A stretch of 64,000 nucleotides of DNA from Candidatus Bathyarchaeum sp. (GCA_020344315.1 CP070820.1:109605-173604), one strand, 5' to 3'; shown: positions 27,940 through 36,289, counted from the first letter of the stretch. Translations and numbers: made by a program. The notes: generated by a model from the sequence alone, not told the origin.

Positions 27940-28677
27940 TCAATCCGCCTCCGGTAGGGATATGGAAGGTCTGGTGTCGCCTAGGATAAAAACGAAATCG
28001 AGGATTGTCTGGAACTGGTCCCCGTTTTTGTCTTCGATGGTGACGAGTAGGTCTCTTCGTTTTTGGTTTGGTTTTTTTTCGATAGTGGTGACCTTGCCAT
28101 ATTTGCCTATGTTTTTTCCTCCAGTGACTATTCCGGGAGCGCCTATAGTTAGTTTCGTGTGCCCAAGAAGTTCTCGATCAGGGACACTGAGCTTCAGGAC
28201 GTCAAGAGTTTGATAGACATCTTCTTCTGGAAGGAGGTAGCTTGTTCCATCGTGAAGATTAAGATGCACATGCCCACCCTTTACAACTGTTTTATCTTCT
28301 ACTCGACAGAGTTTGAAAGCAGCTTCATCGGATTTGATTGGATGAAGAAAGAGACCCTTCTTTGAAGGTAGGACTCGATAAGATTTTTTAGTGTCAAGTA
28401 TCGAGATGACATCCATCAAACCGACAAGAAAACGTTCTTCCCGTCTGACTTTTCCGTCAACCAATATCTTTTCTTGAGAAATTATGTTCTTAGCTTCCTT
28501 ACCTGTTTTAGCGAATTTGAGTATATCTCGGACGATAAGCTCAAGCGGTAAGGAACGTAAAAGGGGATGAGGACCAGGTTTGGGCTTAACGGTCCAAACA
28601 GCCTCCTTTCGGTGAATAGGCCACATCTTCGGCGCAGGTTTCCTCTTAAAATGTCTGCGTTCGCCTTTTCTTCCCAA
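27940..28677 (-). CDS. rps4e: 30S ribosomal protein S4e
   Basis: GRKGERRHFKRKPAPKMWPIHRKE...GPHP N-terminus. Confidence 0.95.
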   Translation of the reverse strand: MGRKGERRHFKRKPAPKMWPIHRKEAVWTVKPKPGPHPLLRSLPLELIVRDILKFAKTGKEAKNIISQEKILVDGKVRREERFLVGLMDVISILDTKKSYRVLPSKKGLFLHPIKSDEAAFKLCRVEDKTVVKGGHVHLNLHDGTSYLLPEEDVYQTLDVLKLSVPDRELLGHTKLTIGAPGIVTGGKNIGKYGKVTTIEKKPNQKRRDLLVTIEDKNGDQFQTILDFVFILGDTRPSISLPEAD

Positions 28678-28678
28678 C

Positions 28679-29155
28679 TCATGTTCCCTCAGATTTTTTG
28701 GTTTTTTTACTTGGCTTTCTCTTCTTTTTCGCCTTTTTCTTTGGAGGCTCCTCTTTTTCTTCAGGGATCTCTTCTTCGATGACTTCAGCTTTTTCAGTTA
28801 GCCCCTTTCTCTTCAGAATCTTTTTGCGCCATTTGTCATCAAGATTTAGGCGGGTTATCATAACCTTTGAGGGATGAATAGGAATAAGAACCTTGGTTCC
28901 GTCCACCTTTTCCCGGTCCACGCCCTCAACGAATATTCTGAAATTTTTTCGGTCAATCCGAGTGACCTTTCCTTCGGAGCCCTTGCGGTCTCCCCTCATG
29001 ATCGTGACGGTGTCGCCGCTTCTCACAGGAACCGAGTTTGTGCTGTGAGACTTTTTCAGCTTAGATGAGAGGGTTGCAGAGAATCTTCTGTATCGTTCGC
29101 TCAGAGGCGCCTGATGTAGCCTCTTTCTCTGTTTCCCAGGTTTTGTTGTTTTCAT
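28679..29155 (-). CDS. rpl24: 50S ribosomal protein L24 (uL24) with a charged C-terminal tail
   Basis: KOW region VRSGDTVTIMRGDRKGSEGKV. The extra ~40 aa tail ends PPKKKAKKKRKPSKKTKKSEGT. Confidence 0.95.
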   Translation of the reverse strand: MKTTKPGKQRKRLHQAPLSERYRRFSATLSSKLKKSHSTNSVPVRSGDTVTIMRGDRKGSEGKVTRIDRKNFRIFVEGVDREKVDGTKVLIPIHPSKVMITRLNLDDKWRKKILKRKGLTEKAEVIEEEIPEEKEEPPKKKAKKKRKPSKKTKKSEGT

Positions 29156-29166
29156 TTCTTACTCTC

Positions 29167-29607
29167 CTATACAATGATGCTGGCAGCGCTTGCGATTCTA
29201 GGCCATCTTTCCGCTGCCTCTTTCGCAATGGGTCCTCGGATTTCTGAGCCTCGCATTTCGCCCTCTGGAGTCATGATGACGACGGCGTTGTCTTCAAATT
29301 GAATCCAGATTCCTTCAGCACGGCGATATGGTTTTCTCTGTCTAACTACAACTGCATGGAAGATCTTTTTCCTCATGTCTGGAGTTCCCTTTCGAACTGA
29401 GACGGCAACTAAATCTCCAACAGCAGCCGTCGGAACTCGTCTTAAACGTCCTTTGTACCCAATAACTTGGATTATTCGCAGCTCTCGAGCACCCGAGTTG
29501 TCTGAGCACTTCACTACTGAGCCGGCTGGTAATCCTCGAGAAATCTTTGGCCTCTGACCGACGACGCCTCTTGCCATGAATGCCCGCGACTTTGCTCTTG
29601 ACGACAT
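29167..29607 (-). CDS. rpl14: 50S ribosomal protein L14 (uL14)
   Basis: [25 protein letters not shown] core. Start ambiguous: ATG at 29607, 4 nt after the S17 stop, or ATG at 29577. Confidence 0.95.
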   Translation of the reverse strand: MSSRAKSRAFMARGVVGQRPKISRGLPAGSVVKCSDNSGARELRIIQVIGYKGRLRRVPTAAVGDLVAVSVRKGTPDMRKKIFHAVVVRQRKPYRRAEGIWIQFEDNAVVIMTPEGEMRGSEIRGPIAKEAAERWPRIASAASIIV

Positions 29608-29611
29608 TAGG

Positions 29612-29929
29612 TCATTCCTCCAGTTTCTCGATAACAACGAACGAGACGGTCTTGCTTATTGGGCGACACTCGGCTAATCTCACTCTGTCTCCAGCTTTGA
29701 CATTTAGGCAGGGAGGGTTGTGGGCAGGTACGTTGCTACGTCTTCGTTCATACCTTCTATATTTTGGCACGTAGTTCAGGTAGTCGCGGCGGACAATTAC
29801 GCTATTATCCATCTTGCTGCTGACGACGTCTCCTTCTAGAGCGTGTCCCCTCAGGGATAGTGTTCCGTGAAAGGGACAGTTGACGTCATCACATGTTTTC
29901 TTTGGTCTTTTGGAAGTAAAGGCTGCCAT
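29612..29929 (-). CDS. rps17: 30S ribosomal protein S17 (uS17)
   Basis: [16 protein letters not shown]...[12 protein letters not shown]...[15 protein letters not shown]. Confidence 0.95.
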   Translation of the reverse strand: MAAFTSKRPKKTCDDVNCPFHGTLSLRGHALEGDVVSSKMDNSVIVRRDYLNYVPKYRRYERRRSNVPAHNPPCLNVKAGDRVRLAECRPISKTVSFVVIEKLEE

Positions 29930-30211
29930 CTACCATAGCCTCCTAGGCCGTTTCTTAATTCTATCTTCAGATCGTCCCACGATAACCTTACCATCTATTT
30001 CTACAACTGTTCCGTCAGGCATAACAAAATCAAAAATGGAAGTATCCTTGATGACGACCCTTCTCTTACCATTATGCAGGATTGTAAGGGTGTTGCGGGT
30101 TTCGTCAACTACTCTGCCCGCGATTCCCACTACGTCGGGGTTCGAACTTTTAACAACCGTGGTCTCGAGGCCAATGAATTCATGCTGAACTATGCTTGCT
30201 GTTACCTTCAT
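29930..30211 (-). CDS. rnp1: RNase P protein component 1 (Rpp29/Pop4 homologue)
   Basis: EFIGLETTVVKSSNPDVVGIAGRVVDETRNTLTI pattern, and the archaea-specific slot between L29 and S17. Confidence 0.9.
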   Translation of the reverse strand: MKVTASIVQHEFIGLETTVVKSSNPDVVGIAGRVVDETRNTLTILHNGKRRVVIKDTSIFDFVMPDGTVVEIDGKVIVGRSEDRIKKRPRRLW

Positions 30212-30423
30212 TTCTTTTCCTTTCCTCGTGTTTCTTCGGCTTCGATTGTGAGAAGGCGCGCGATGGTTTTGCGAAGTTCCCGGATTCGAGTAGGATTGTC
30301 GATGGACCCGCCTGCTTCAACCATGGTTTTCAGTCTTGCTAGTTCTGTTCGAAATTCGGTTACCTTGTCTCTTCGTTCCTCAGAAGACATGTCCCGGATG
30401 TCTTTTAACCGTAAGATTGCCAT
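30208..30423 (-). CDS. rpl29: 50S ribosomal protein L29 (uL29)
   Basis: MAILRLKDIRDMSSEERRDKVTEFRTELARLK. Start set at the ATG directly after the S3 stop; the ORF track extends 39 nt further upstream. Confidence 0.9.
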   Translation of the reverse strand: MAILRLKDIRDMSSEERRDKVTEFRTELARLKTMVEAGGSIDNPTRIRELRKTIARLLTIEAEETRGKEKK

Positions 30424-30424
30424 C

Positions 30425-31519
30425 TTATTTTCCAGCCTCCTCCGTTTTTTTGGCCGGAGCAACCTTGGGTTTAGCCTTTTTCTTTTTAGTTACAGTTTTT
30501 TCTTTAGCAGTGGGAGACTTCTTTGACTTAGCTGCTTTCTTTTTAGTCACTTTCTTCTTCGTTACCTTCTTTTTTTTAGCAGGAGAAACCTCAGGTTTAG
30601 ATGTTTTCTTTTTCGCTACCTTTTTCTTTTTAGCAGGGAGAGCCGCTGGTTCTGCCACTTTTTTTTCAGTTTTTCCCTTTTCTTTAGGCTTAGAAACCTT
30701 TTTTCTGGCTACTTTCTTCTTCGCCACCACTTTTTCTTCAACAGAAGGAAGCTCTGGTTCAGCTACTTTCTCTTTTACTTCTGCTTTTTCTTCAGCAGTA
30801 GGAGTCGCTGGTTCAACTTTCTTCGCTTCTTCAGCTGAAAGAATTTTTGGTTTGGCTACTTTCTCCTCTGCTGCCACCTTTTCCTCTACGATCTTGCCTT
30901 CTGGTTCGCTCTCAAATTCTTCCTCAAGTATTTGTATTTGCACTTGATCAGGAAACTTTGCATCAGGGGGTATTATCCGCACTTTTACTCCCAAAATTCC
31001 AGGTTTCAACTGGACGTGTAACTCCGCTGCTCTCATGTACTTCCTTGGAGGTTCCCCACTTTTAGGCAAGTATCCTGTTCGAAATTTTTCGTATCGAGCC
31101 CTGTCCGTCCGTAACTTTCCGCTTATAATAACCTCTGCGCCTAGGGCCCCCCCTTCCATAATTTGGTTTAAGCCCCAGAAACCAGCTCTTCGATAGTGAA
31201 CGCCCCGTTTCAATGCTGAGGCGATTCGTGATGCCACAACATGGGCGTTGAGTTCAGGAATTTCGATTTCGGCAACTGAAATCTGGGGGCTGGGGAGTTG
31301 GAACTTCTCTTCCAAGACGACCGCAAGTTCTCTTATGGTTTCTCCGCCTCTTCCGATGATCAGCCCGGGGCGCATGGTGTATACCACTAGGTGGGTTCCT
31401 AGGGGGGTTTTTGTGATGCTTACGCCACCGTATCCTGCTCTTTCAAATTCATTCCGTAAAAATTCGTCAATCTCTGCCTTCTTTATTGAATCCTCTATAA
31501 AGTGCTTAACAACAGACAT
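30425..31519 (-). CDS. rps3: 30S ribosomal protein S3 (uS3) with a ~165-aa Lys/Ala/Glu/Pro-rich C-terminal extension
   Basis: KH-domain core (GLIIGRGGETIRELA). The frame continues uninterrupted into ...AKKKKVAKKKTSKPEVSPAKKKKVTKKKVTKKKAAKSKK... Confidence 0.95.
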   Translation of the reverse strand: MSVVKHFIEDSIKKAEIDEFLRNEFERAGYGGVSITKTPLGTHLVVYTMRPGLIIGRGGETIRELAVVLEEKFQLPSPQISVAEIEIPELNAHVVASRIASALKRGVHYRRAGFWGLNQIMEGGALGAEVIISGKLRTDRARYEKFRTGYLPKSGEPPRKYMRAAELHVQLKPGILGVKVRIIPPDAKFPDQVQIQILEEEFESEPEGKIVEEKVAAEEKVAKPKILSAEEAKKVEPATPTAEEKAEVKEKVAEPELPSVEEKVVAKKKVARKKVSKPKEKGKTEKKVAEPAALPAKKKKVAKKKTSKPEVSPAKKKKVTKKKVTKKKAAKSKKSPTAKEKTVTKKKKAKPKVAPAKKTEEAGK

Positions 31520-31989
31520 TAGGTTGCCTCCATCTCTTCCAGAACAAGTTCTACGTGAGAAAGGGTGTTAACGCGAGGTGATGATCGCCCGAAGGCTCTG
31601 GGAGTGAAGCGTTTTATCTTCATTCCTGGGTAGGCTGAGGCGTGAATTATTCGAAGTCGCTCCATGTCAAGGCCCTTAAATTCTGCGTTTGCCTCTGCGC
31701 CTTCAAGCACCTTCAAGATTTGTTGTGCAGCCTTAACAGGATATCTGCCAGCGAAGGCGTTTTCTAAACCGTGGCGGTGACCTACTTTTTTGTTATGTCT
31801 GCGGAAGGGCACGGGTTTTTTCTTTAGGATAACCTGCCGAAGGTATTCTTTGGCTTGATCAAGCTTCATTCCTTTTATTGTCTTGCACACTTCTCTTGCG
31901 TGTTTAGGGGATACTCTCAATTCGCGTCCGCTAGCTTTGACCATTTTGTCAGGATCCATGTCCGTTATTGAGTATCCCCATTTTGGCAT
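31519..31989 (-). CDS. rpl22: 50S ribosomal protein L22 (uL22)
   Basis: MPKWGYSITDMDPDKMVKASGRELRVSPKHAREVC... Start at ATG 31989. The 42 hydrophobic codons added upstream by the ORF track cover the promoter and are not credible. Confidence 0.9.
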   Translation of the reverse strand: MPKWGYSITDMDPDKMVKASGRELRVSPKHAREVCKTIKGMKLDQAKEYLRQVILKKKPVPFRRHNKKVGHRHGLENAFAGRYPVKAAQQILKVLEGAEANAEFKGLDMERLRIIHASAYPGMKIKRFTPRAFGRSSPRVNTLSHVELVLEEMEAT

Positions 31990-32017
31990 TTCTATCGTCA
32001 AGTCAGTAACAAGCAGG

Positions 32018-32025
32018 ATATTTAA
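32018..32025 (-). promoter_or_regulatory. TATA box (TTAAATAT on the minus strand) of the r-protein operon beginning at rpl22
   Basis: AAAGCCTTAAATATCC is centred about 32 nt upstream of the rpl22 ATG. This spacing is typical of an archaeal promoter with a very short leader. Confidence 0.5.
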
Positions 32026-32463
32026 GGCTTTATGGCGAAAGAAAACGAGTGGATACTCAGAAACTATCACAAAGGCAACAAAGAAGAATGATGTTATTAA
32101 CAGAAGAATGTTCAATTATATAGTAGAGATGGTTGGTATTGAACTTCAGAAAAAGTAACTTTGCACTCTTCAGTGATACCCAATTTTAGAAATATACTAT
32201 ATTTTCAAAAATCCAGTCTAGGAAGTTTGGTTATCCAGATACACCATCCATCCCTAGACGAGGCTACTCGCCCAAATATTATGGCGCGACCTTCCCCGTA
32301 GAGCTTAGAAAGATGGTGAAATCTTTCACGTCAGCTTACATTTAGTTAAGGACCTTTCAAAGTATACACAAGGTGTTCGTAGGCTTTTAATAAACGTAGC
32401 TTCTTTGCTGGGATTTTTTCTCTATCTATCTTTTTTCGTATCCTGCGTAGCTCATTGTTGATT

Positions 32464-32769
32464 TTAACTCGCAGATCCATACGCTATTCCCCCCATAATT
32501 CCAGATGGGCGCGTAGGGTGCCTGATTAAAGGATAACTTGGCTTTCTGAGGCATGTGAATACCATGTGACCTCTTTTTTCAGTAATGGAATTAGCCATTG
32601 TTCTGCAGGACAGGTGTTTAACGAGGTGGTTCTGGATAATAACTTCCAGTTGTTTCTGAAGTTTCTTGTTTAAGTTGGCTTTATCCGCAATAGGCCTTTC
32701 TGTTAACGCGTTTTGCGTGTCCAAGTTTTTATCGAAGTTAATATGCGTTTCCAGCTTTGTCCTCTGCAT
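32464..32769 (-). CDS. Hypothetical protein (101 aa from ATG 32769), no recognisable family
   Basis: ATG is preceded by TGGGGGATCAATT (SD-like). A 44-codon ORF in another frame (32346-32480) follows and overlaps it, so this may be a frameshifted gene. Confidence 0.3.
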   Translation of the reverse strand: MQRTKLETHINFDKNLDTQNALTERPIADKANLNKKLQKQLEVIIQNHLVKHLSCRTMANSITEKRGHMVFTCLRKPSYPLIRHPTRPSGIMGGIAYGSAS

Positions 32770-33088
32770 AATTGATCCCCCACGCGCCAAGAACGTCTTT
32801 TTCCGTTTTCAGGATTTAACTTGTATGAAGCTTAAGTATGAATCAGTGATAATACTCCATATTCTAAATCCGAATCAAAACTGATAAATATCCTAGTAGA
32901 AAACCGAGGTGGATCACCAATTTAGGTTTTGAATTCGCGTTTCACAACTCGTTAAACTGTGGACCTATTACGGTTCTTTAGGGTCATCGGGCAGGGATTC
33001 TACATGATTCGTCACGGAAATGTTTTATGAAGAGTCTAACTTCTCATTGAGATGTTACATTCAGCAATGATGTCAATGTGGGACAGTT

Positions 33089-34147
33089 ATGGGGTCTAGT
33101 AGAATAGCCGAGTTTGAATCTAACAAGGTTGGAGATAAACTGACGGTTCAGGAGCAGGTTGTAGAAGCTTTAAGGAAGCCTGAAGCTTATGATGAAGACC
33201 CGGGTCAAATTGAACTGAAACAAACACACATATCATTCATTTTCCTAACAGGAAATTTTGTTTACAAATTGAAAAAGGCTGTAGACTTCGGATTCTTAGA
33301 TTTCACAACCCTAGAAAAGAGACGGTTTTTCTGTGAAAAGGAGTTGGACCTCAATAGACGGTTATGTGGAGATATGTATCTTGAGGTGGTTCCTATCAAC
33401 AGATCAGATTTTATCAAGATAAAGGGCGATGGAGTAACCGTTGAATATGCCGTAAAGATGAAGAGAATGCCTGAAGAAACGATGATGACCAGACTTCTTG
33501 AAGAGAATAAGGTGGATAGAAGACTGATTGACAGAATGGCAAAGATAATAGCAGAATTCCATTCAAAAGCGGAAACAAATAAGAGAATAGGCGAATTCGG
33601 GTCCTTGCCGATAATAGGAACAAATTGGAAGGAGAATTTTGATCAAACTAGGGAATTCATCGGCAAAACGATATTCCCAAAAAGTTATCGATTAATCCGC
33701 GAAAGAATAGATGATTTCATGAAGAGAAGTGTGTCCTTGTTTAGGAAGAGAGTGGATGAGAATCGTGTGAGAGATTGTCATGGAGACATTCACTCGGGAA
33801 ACATCTTTGTTGCAGACAAGATTTACATTTTTGACGCGATAGAATTTAACGAAAGATTCAGGTATTCGGACGTTGCCTCTGACATTGCTTTCTTAGCCAT
33901 GGACTTGGACTTTAAAGATCGAAGCGATCTGTCTAGTTTCTTCGTTGAAAGATATGCGAAGTATTCGGGAGACCAGGAGTTGAGGCAGCTTCTTCATTTC
34001 TACAAGTGCTATCGAGCTTACGTTCGAGGAAAAGTTATCAGCTTTAAACTGAATGATCCCAGTGTGGACAGTGAGGAAAAGAGGGCAACGATAAAAGAGG
34101 CGGAGGCATACTTCGAGTTAGCTGCCAACTATGCAAGACAGTTTTGA
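33089..34147 (+). CDS. Aminoglycoside-phosphotransferase-like kinase domain protein (N-terminal half of the bifunctional APH/ATP-binding protein family)
   Basis: Brenner-type catalytic motif DCHGDIHSGNIF, then IFDAIEFNERFRYSDVASDIAFLAMDL, as in the APH-like module that many bacteria fuse to a P-loop domain. Confidence 0.7.
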   Translation: MGSSRIAEFESNKVGDKLTVQEQVVEALRKPEAYDEDPGQIELKQTHISFIFLTGNFVYKLKKAVDFGFLDFTTLEKRRFFCEKELDLNRRLCGDMYLEVVPINRSDFIKIKGDGVTVEYAVKMKRMPEETMMTRLLEENKVDRRLIDRMAKIIAEFHSKAETNKRIGEFGSLPIIGTNWKENFDQTREFIGKTIFPKSYRLIRERIDDFMKRSVSLFRKRVDENRVRDCHGDIHSGNIFVADKIYIFDAIEFNERFRYSDVASDIAFLAMDLDFKDRSDLSSFFVERYAKYSGDQELRQLLHFYKCYRAYVRGKVISFKLNDPSVDSEEKRATIKEAEAYFELAANYARQF

Positions 34148-34160
34148 TCGAAAAAATTTT

Positions 34161-35033
34161 CTAGCAAGTGAATTGCTCTGCCACAAATTTGGGGATTTTA
34201 ACTGTTCCCATGATTATGGGGTTCTGGTGGCAATCGCTTCCTCCAGTCATGATTAGTCCGTGTTTTTTTGCAAAGTCTATGTAATGTTTCGTTGTTTCGG
34301 GGTCGTTTCTGGAGTGCCAGCACTCTATGCCATCAATGTGCTTTAGTAGCAACTCTTCGATTATGTCTGTCTGTTTTTGCAGTGATTTGGTCAATTTCAC
34401 AAGTGAGATTCCGAATGGGTCATTGGGGTGGGCTAACACTACTATTCCCCCAGCGTTTCTCATTAGTCGCGAGGCTTCTTCAACGTAAAGAGGATACTTG
34501 GGAACGTTGCACTTCACAAGATACTTGTCAAAGGCTTCTTGCCTATCTTGGACGATTCCTTTTTTTATTAGATAGTCTGCTATGTGGGGTCGGCCTATTG
34601 CTCCGTCAGCGGAGGCTTGAATGGCGCTCCAATCGTTTGTTGTTAATTTTTTGATCTTTTCTTTTTCGAATTCTGCGTTTATCTTTTCTAGGATCTTTGC
34701 GGCTCTTTCTTCTCGGTAGTTTCTTAGTTGTTGAAGTTTTTTCTTCATTTCTCTGTTGTTTATGTCATATTGGTATCCTAAGAGGTCTAATGGTATTAGT
34801 TTACCATTGGTTATTTTTGGGTGGGAAAGGGATACGCTCAATTCGATTCCATAGACGTATTGGATTCCGTTTTTCTTTGCTAGAGCCTCTGCTTTCTCTT
34901 GGCAGCCGATTGAGTCGTGGTCTGTAATCGACATTAACCCAATGTTTCTGGTTTTGGCTTCTTCGATAATCTCTTCAATGAACAAGGTTCCGTCAGAGCA
35001 ATTCTTTGAGTGAATATGCAAATCTATTATCAT
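34161..35033 (-). CDS. PHP-domain metal-dependent phosphoesterase
   Basis: MIIDLHIHS...ITDHDS...GIELS...VLAHP...GIECWHS...GGSDCH: the His/Asp motif series of PHP phosphoesterases. Start at ATG 35033; a TTG at 35051 is possible. Confidence 0.8.
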   Translation of the reverse strand: MIIDLHIHSKNCSDGTLFIEEIIEEAKTRNIGLMSITDHDSIGCQEKAEALAKKNGIQYVYGIELSVSLSHPKITNGKLIPLDLLGYQYDINNREMKKKLQQLRNYREERAAKILEKINAEFEKEKIKKLTTNDWSAIQASADGAIGRPHIADYLIKKGIVQDRQEAFDKYLVKCNVPKYPLYVEEASRLMRNAGGIVVLAHPNDPFGISLVKLTKSLQKQTDIIEELLLKHIDGIECWHSRNDPETTKHYIDFAKKHGLIMTGGSDCHQNPIIMGTVKIPKFVAEQFTC

Positions 35034-35051
35034 GATTATAACTGAGCCCAA

Positions 35052-35654
35052 TTATCTAACTTCTTTTCCGATTATATACCAGTCTTCAGGGTTGTCGTAT
35101 TCGGTGTCAACTGTCAAGTGTATTATCTCAAGGTGTGGATGTCTCTGTTTCAGGTCATCCAAGTCAATAGGTTCAAACCGTTTCTTGTTGTTAAGATAGG
35201 CTTGTCTAGTCAAGGCGTTCGATTCATACTTCTCTTTGGTTCTCCGCAAGATTCGCGTAATGGACGCTTCTTCAGTGCAGCTGGTCTGAAGGATAACAAA
35301 GGGTATTCCGGTTTTTGTGGCTATCTCAGCGGCGCGTCTCCGCAGTTTCTGGGTTACAAAAGTAGCATCTAATATTACGCCTTTACCTTTCTGTGCAAGG
35401 TCCTCTGCTTGTCGAAACATCTCATCATAGACAAGCTCTCGTTTGGACATGTTTCCTGCCACTTTCGCGTCAAAGATATCCTCATTTTTGAGAACTTCCA
35501 GCCGAATCAAATCGGTTCGAAGAATTGGGTATCCCCTAATTTTCGAAATTTCCTGGGATGTCTCCGTTTTCCAAGTTCCTGGAAGCCCACATGTAATTAA
35601 TAGAATGTTGGGGCTTAACTCAGCTTCCACAAATTCTGCAAAAGGCTCCCGCAA
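35052..35654 (-). CDS. P-loop kinase-like ATP-binding protein (AAA_33/zeta-toxin-like fold)
   Basis: Walker A variant CGLPGTWKT and Walker B-like VILDATF. Resembles the C-terminal half of bifunctional APH/ATP-binding proteins. Confidence 0.65.
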   Translation of the reverse strand: MREPFAEFVEAELSPNILLITCGLPGTWKTETSQEISKIRGYPILRTDLIRLEVLKNEDIFDAKVAGNMSKRELVYDEMFRQAEDLAQKGKGVILDATFVTQKLRRRAAEIATKTGIPFVILQTSCTEEASITRILRRTKEKYESNALTRQAYLNNKKRFEPIDLDDLKQRHPHLEIIHLTVDTEYDNPEDWYIIGKEVR

Positions 35655-35706
35655 TTAAGTGCACCCGTGTTTTAAGGTGAAGCAAAGCAAAAATAAACTT
35701 TTGCAT

Positions 35707-35761
35707 GTTTTTTGGAAAAGTACTGTTTTCAACAATACGCTGTTATTAGGCTTCAAATATG
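35707..35761 (+). repeat. Dispersed intergenic repeat, copy C
   Basis: GTTTTTTGGAAAAGTACTGTTTTCAACAATACGCTGTTATTAGGCTTCAAATATG. Same orientation as the other copies. The palindromic core is degenerate (ATTAGGCTTCAAAT). Confidence 0.7.
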
Positions 35762-35851
35762 CTGTTTTTTTCTTGGATGGGGGTTAGAATCGCGAAGAAA
35801 AAGTTAGGTGTTCTTTGGGTTGGAAAAAGTGGGATTCGAAGATGCTGGAGT

Positions 35852-36106
35852 TTATTCGTTTTTGTATTCTTTTGCGACAATCATTGTTGTTGTTAGGAAG
35901 ATGTCTGATAGTGCCCTGAGTTTGTCTGTTAGGAATTTGTCTAGGTCGGCTAGGTCTTTTACGCGAACCTTTGCGATGGCGTCGTATTCGCCGTAAAGCT
36001 CGTCTACCTGAACGACTTCTTCGAAGTTGGCAACCTTCTCGCACACGTCTCTTTCAGCTCCTGACTTTAGGGTAACTAGAATATAGCCATAGACTGCCAT
36101 TTTCAT
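35852..36106 (-). CDS. Stand-alone Lrp/AsnC ligand-binding (RAM) domain protein
   Basis: MKMAVYGYILVTLKSGAERDVCEKVANFEEVVQVDELYGEYDAIAKVRVKDLADLDKFL is the typical AsnC_trans_reg domain, with no HTH. Confidence 0.75.
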   Translation of the reverse strand: MKMAVYGYILVTLKSGAERDVCEKVANFEEVVQVDELYGEYDAIAKVRVKDLADLDKFLTDKLRALSDIFLTTTMIVAKEYKNE

Positions 36107-36289
36107 TTCATCTCCACAATAAGACTTCAACACAAAAACTTAAACATATCGTTCAAAATGCTGAAAGACAACATAAAAACTGGGCTAACAAACCACTCTC
36201 TTTGCCAGCCTCTTCTTATAAATCATAACTGCAAAAGTTGCTACCAAAAACAAAGGCATAATAATCTTATGATGAAAACTTGATATTGT

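Noticed and set aside
27595-27957. 120-aa plus-strand ORF rich in F/L/G/S/T, antisense to the uL5 extension.
   Set aside because: It is a low-complexity mirror image of the Lys/Glu/Ala-rich coding strand. It has no start context and lies inside a ribosomal protein gene.
30336-30947. 203-aa plus-strand ORF (FFLVTFFF...), antisense to the uS3 tail and rpl29.
   Set aside because: Same artefact: the antisense of AAG/AAA-rich codons gives open TTT/CTT frames.
31990-32115. Hydrophobic 42-aa N-terminal extension of L22 in the ORF track (MNILLLITSFFFVAF...).
   Set aside because: It covers the TATA box region. Archaeal uL22 proteins start at the MPKWGYS-type sequence.
32120-33088. Possibility of a structured RNA gene (RNase P RNA, SRP RNA, C/D box sRNA) in the ~1-kb weakly coding gap.
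   Set aside because: I found none of the conserved blocks: no GAGGAAAGTCC-like CR-I, no SRP GGAA/AGCA motifs, no properly spaced RTGATGA...CTGA pairs. The region is AT-rich with little stem potential. A covariance-model scan would be needed to exclude it fully.
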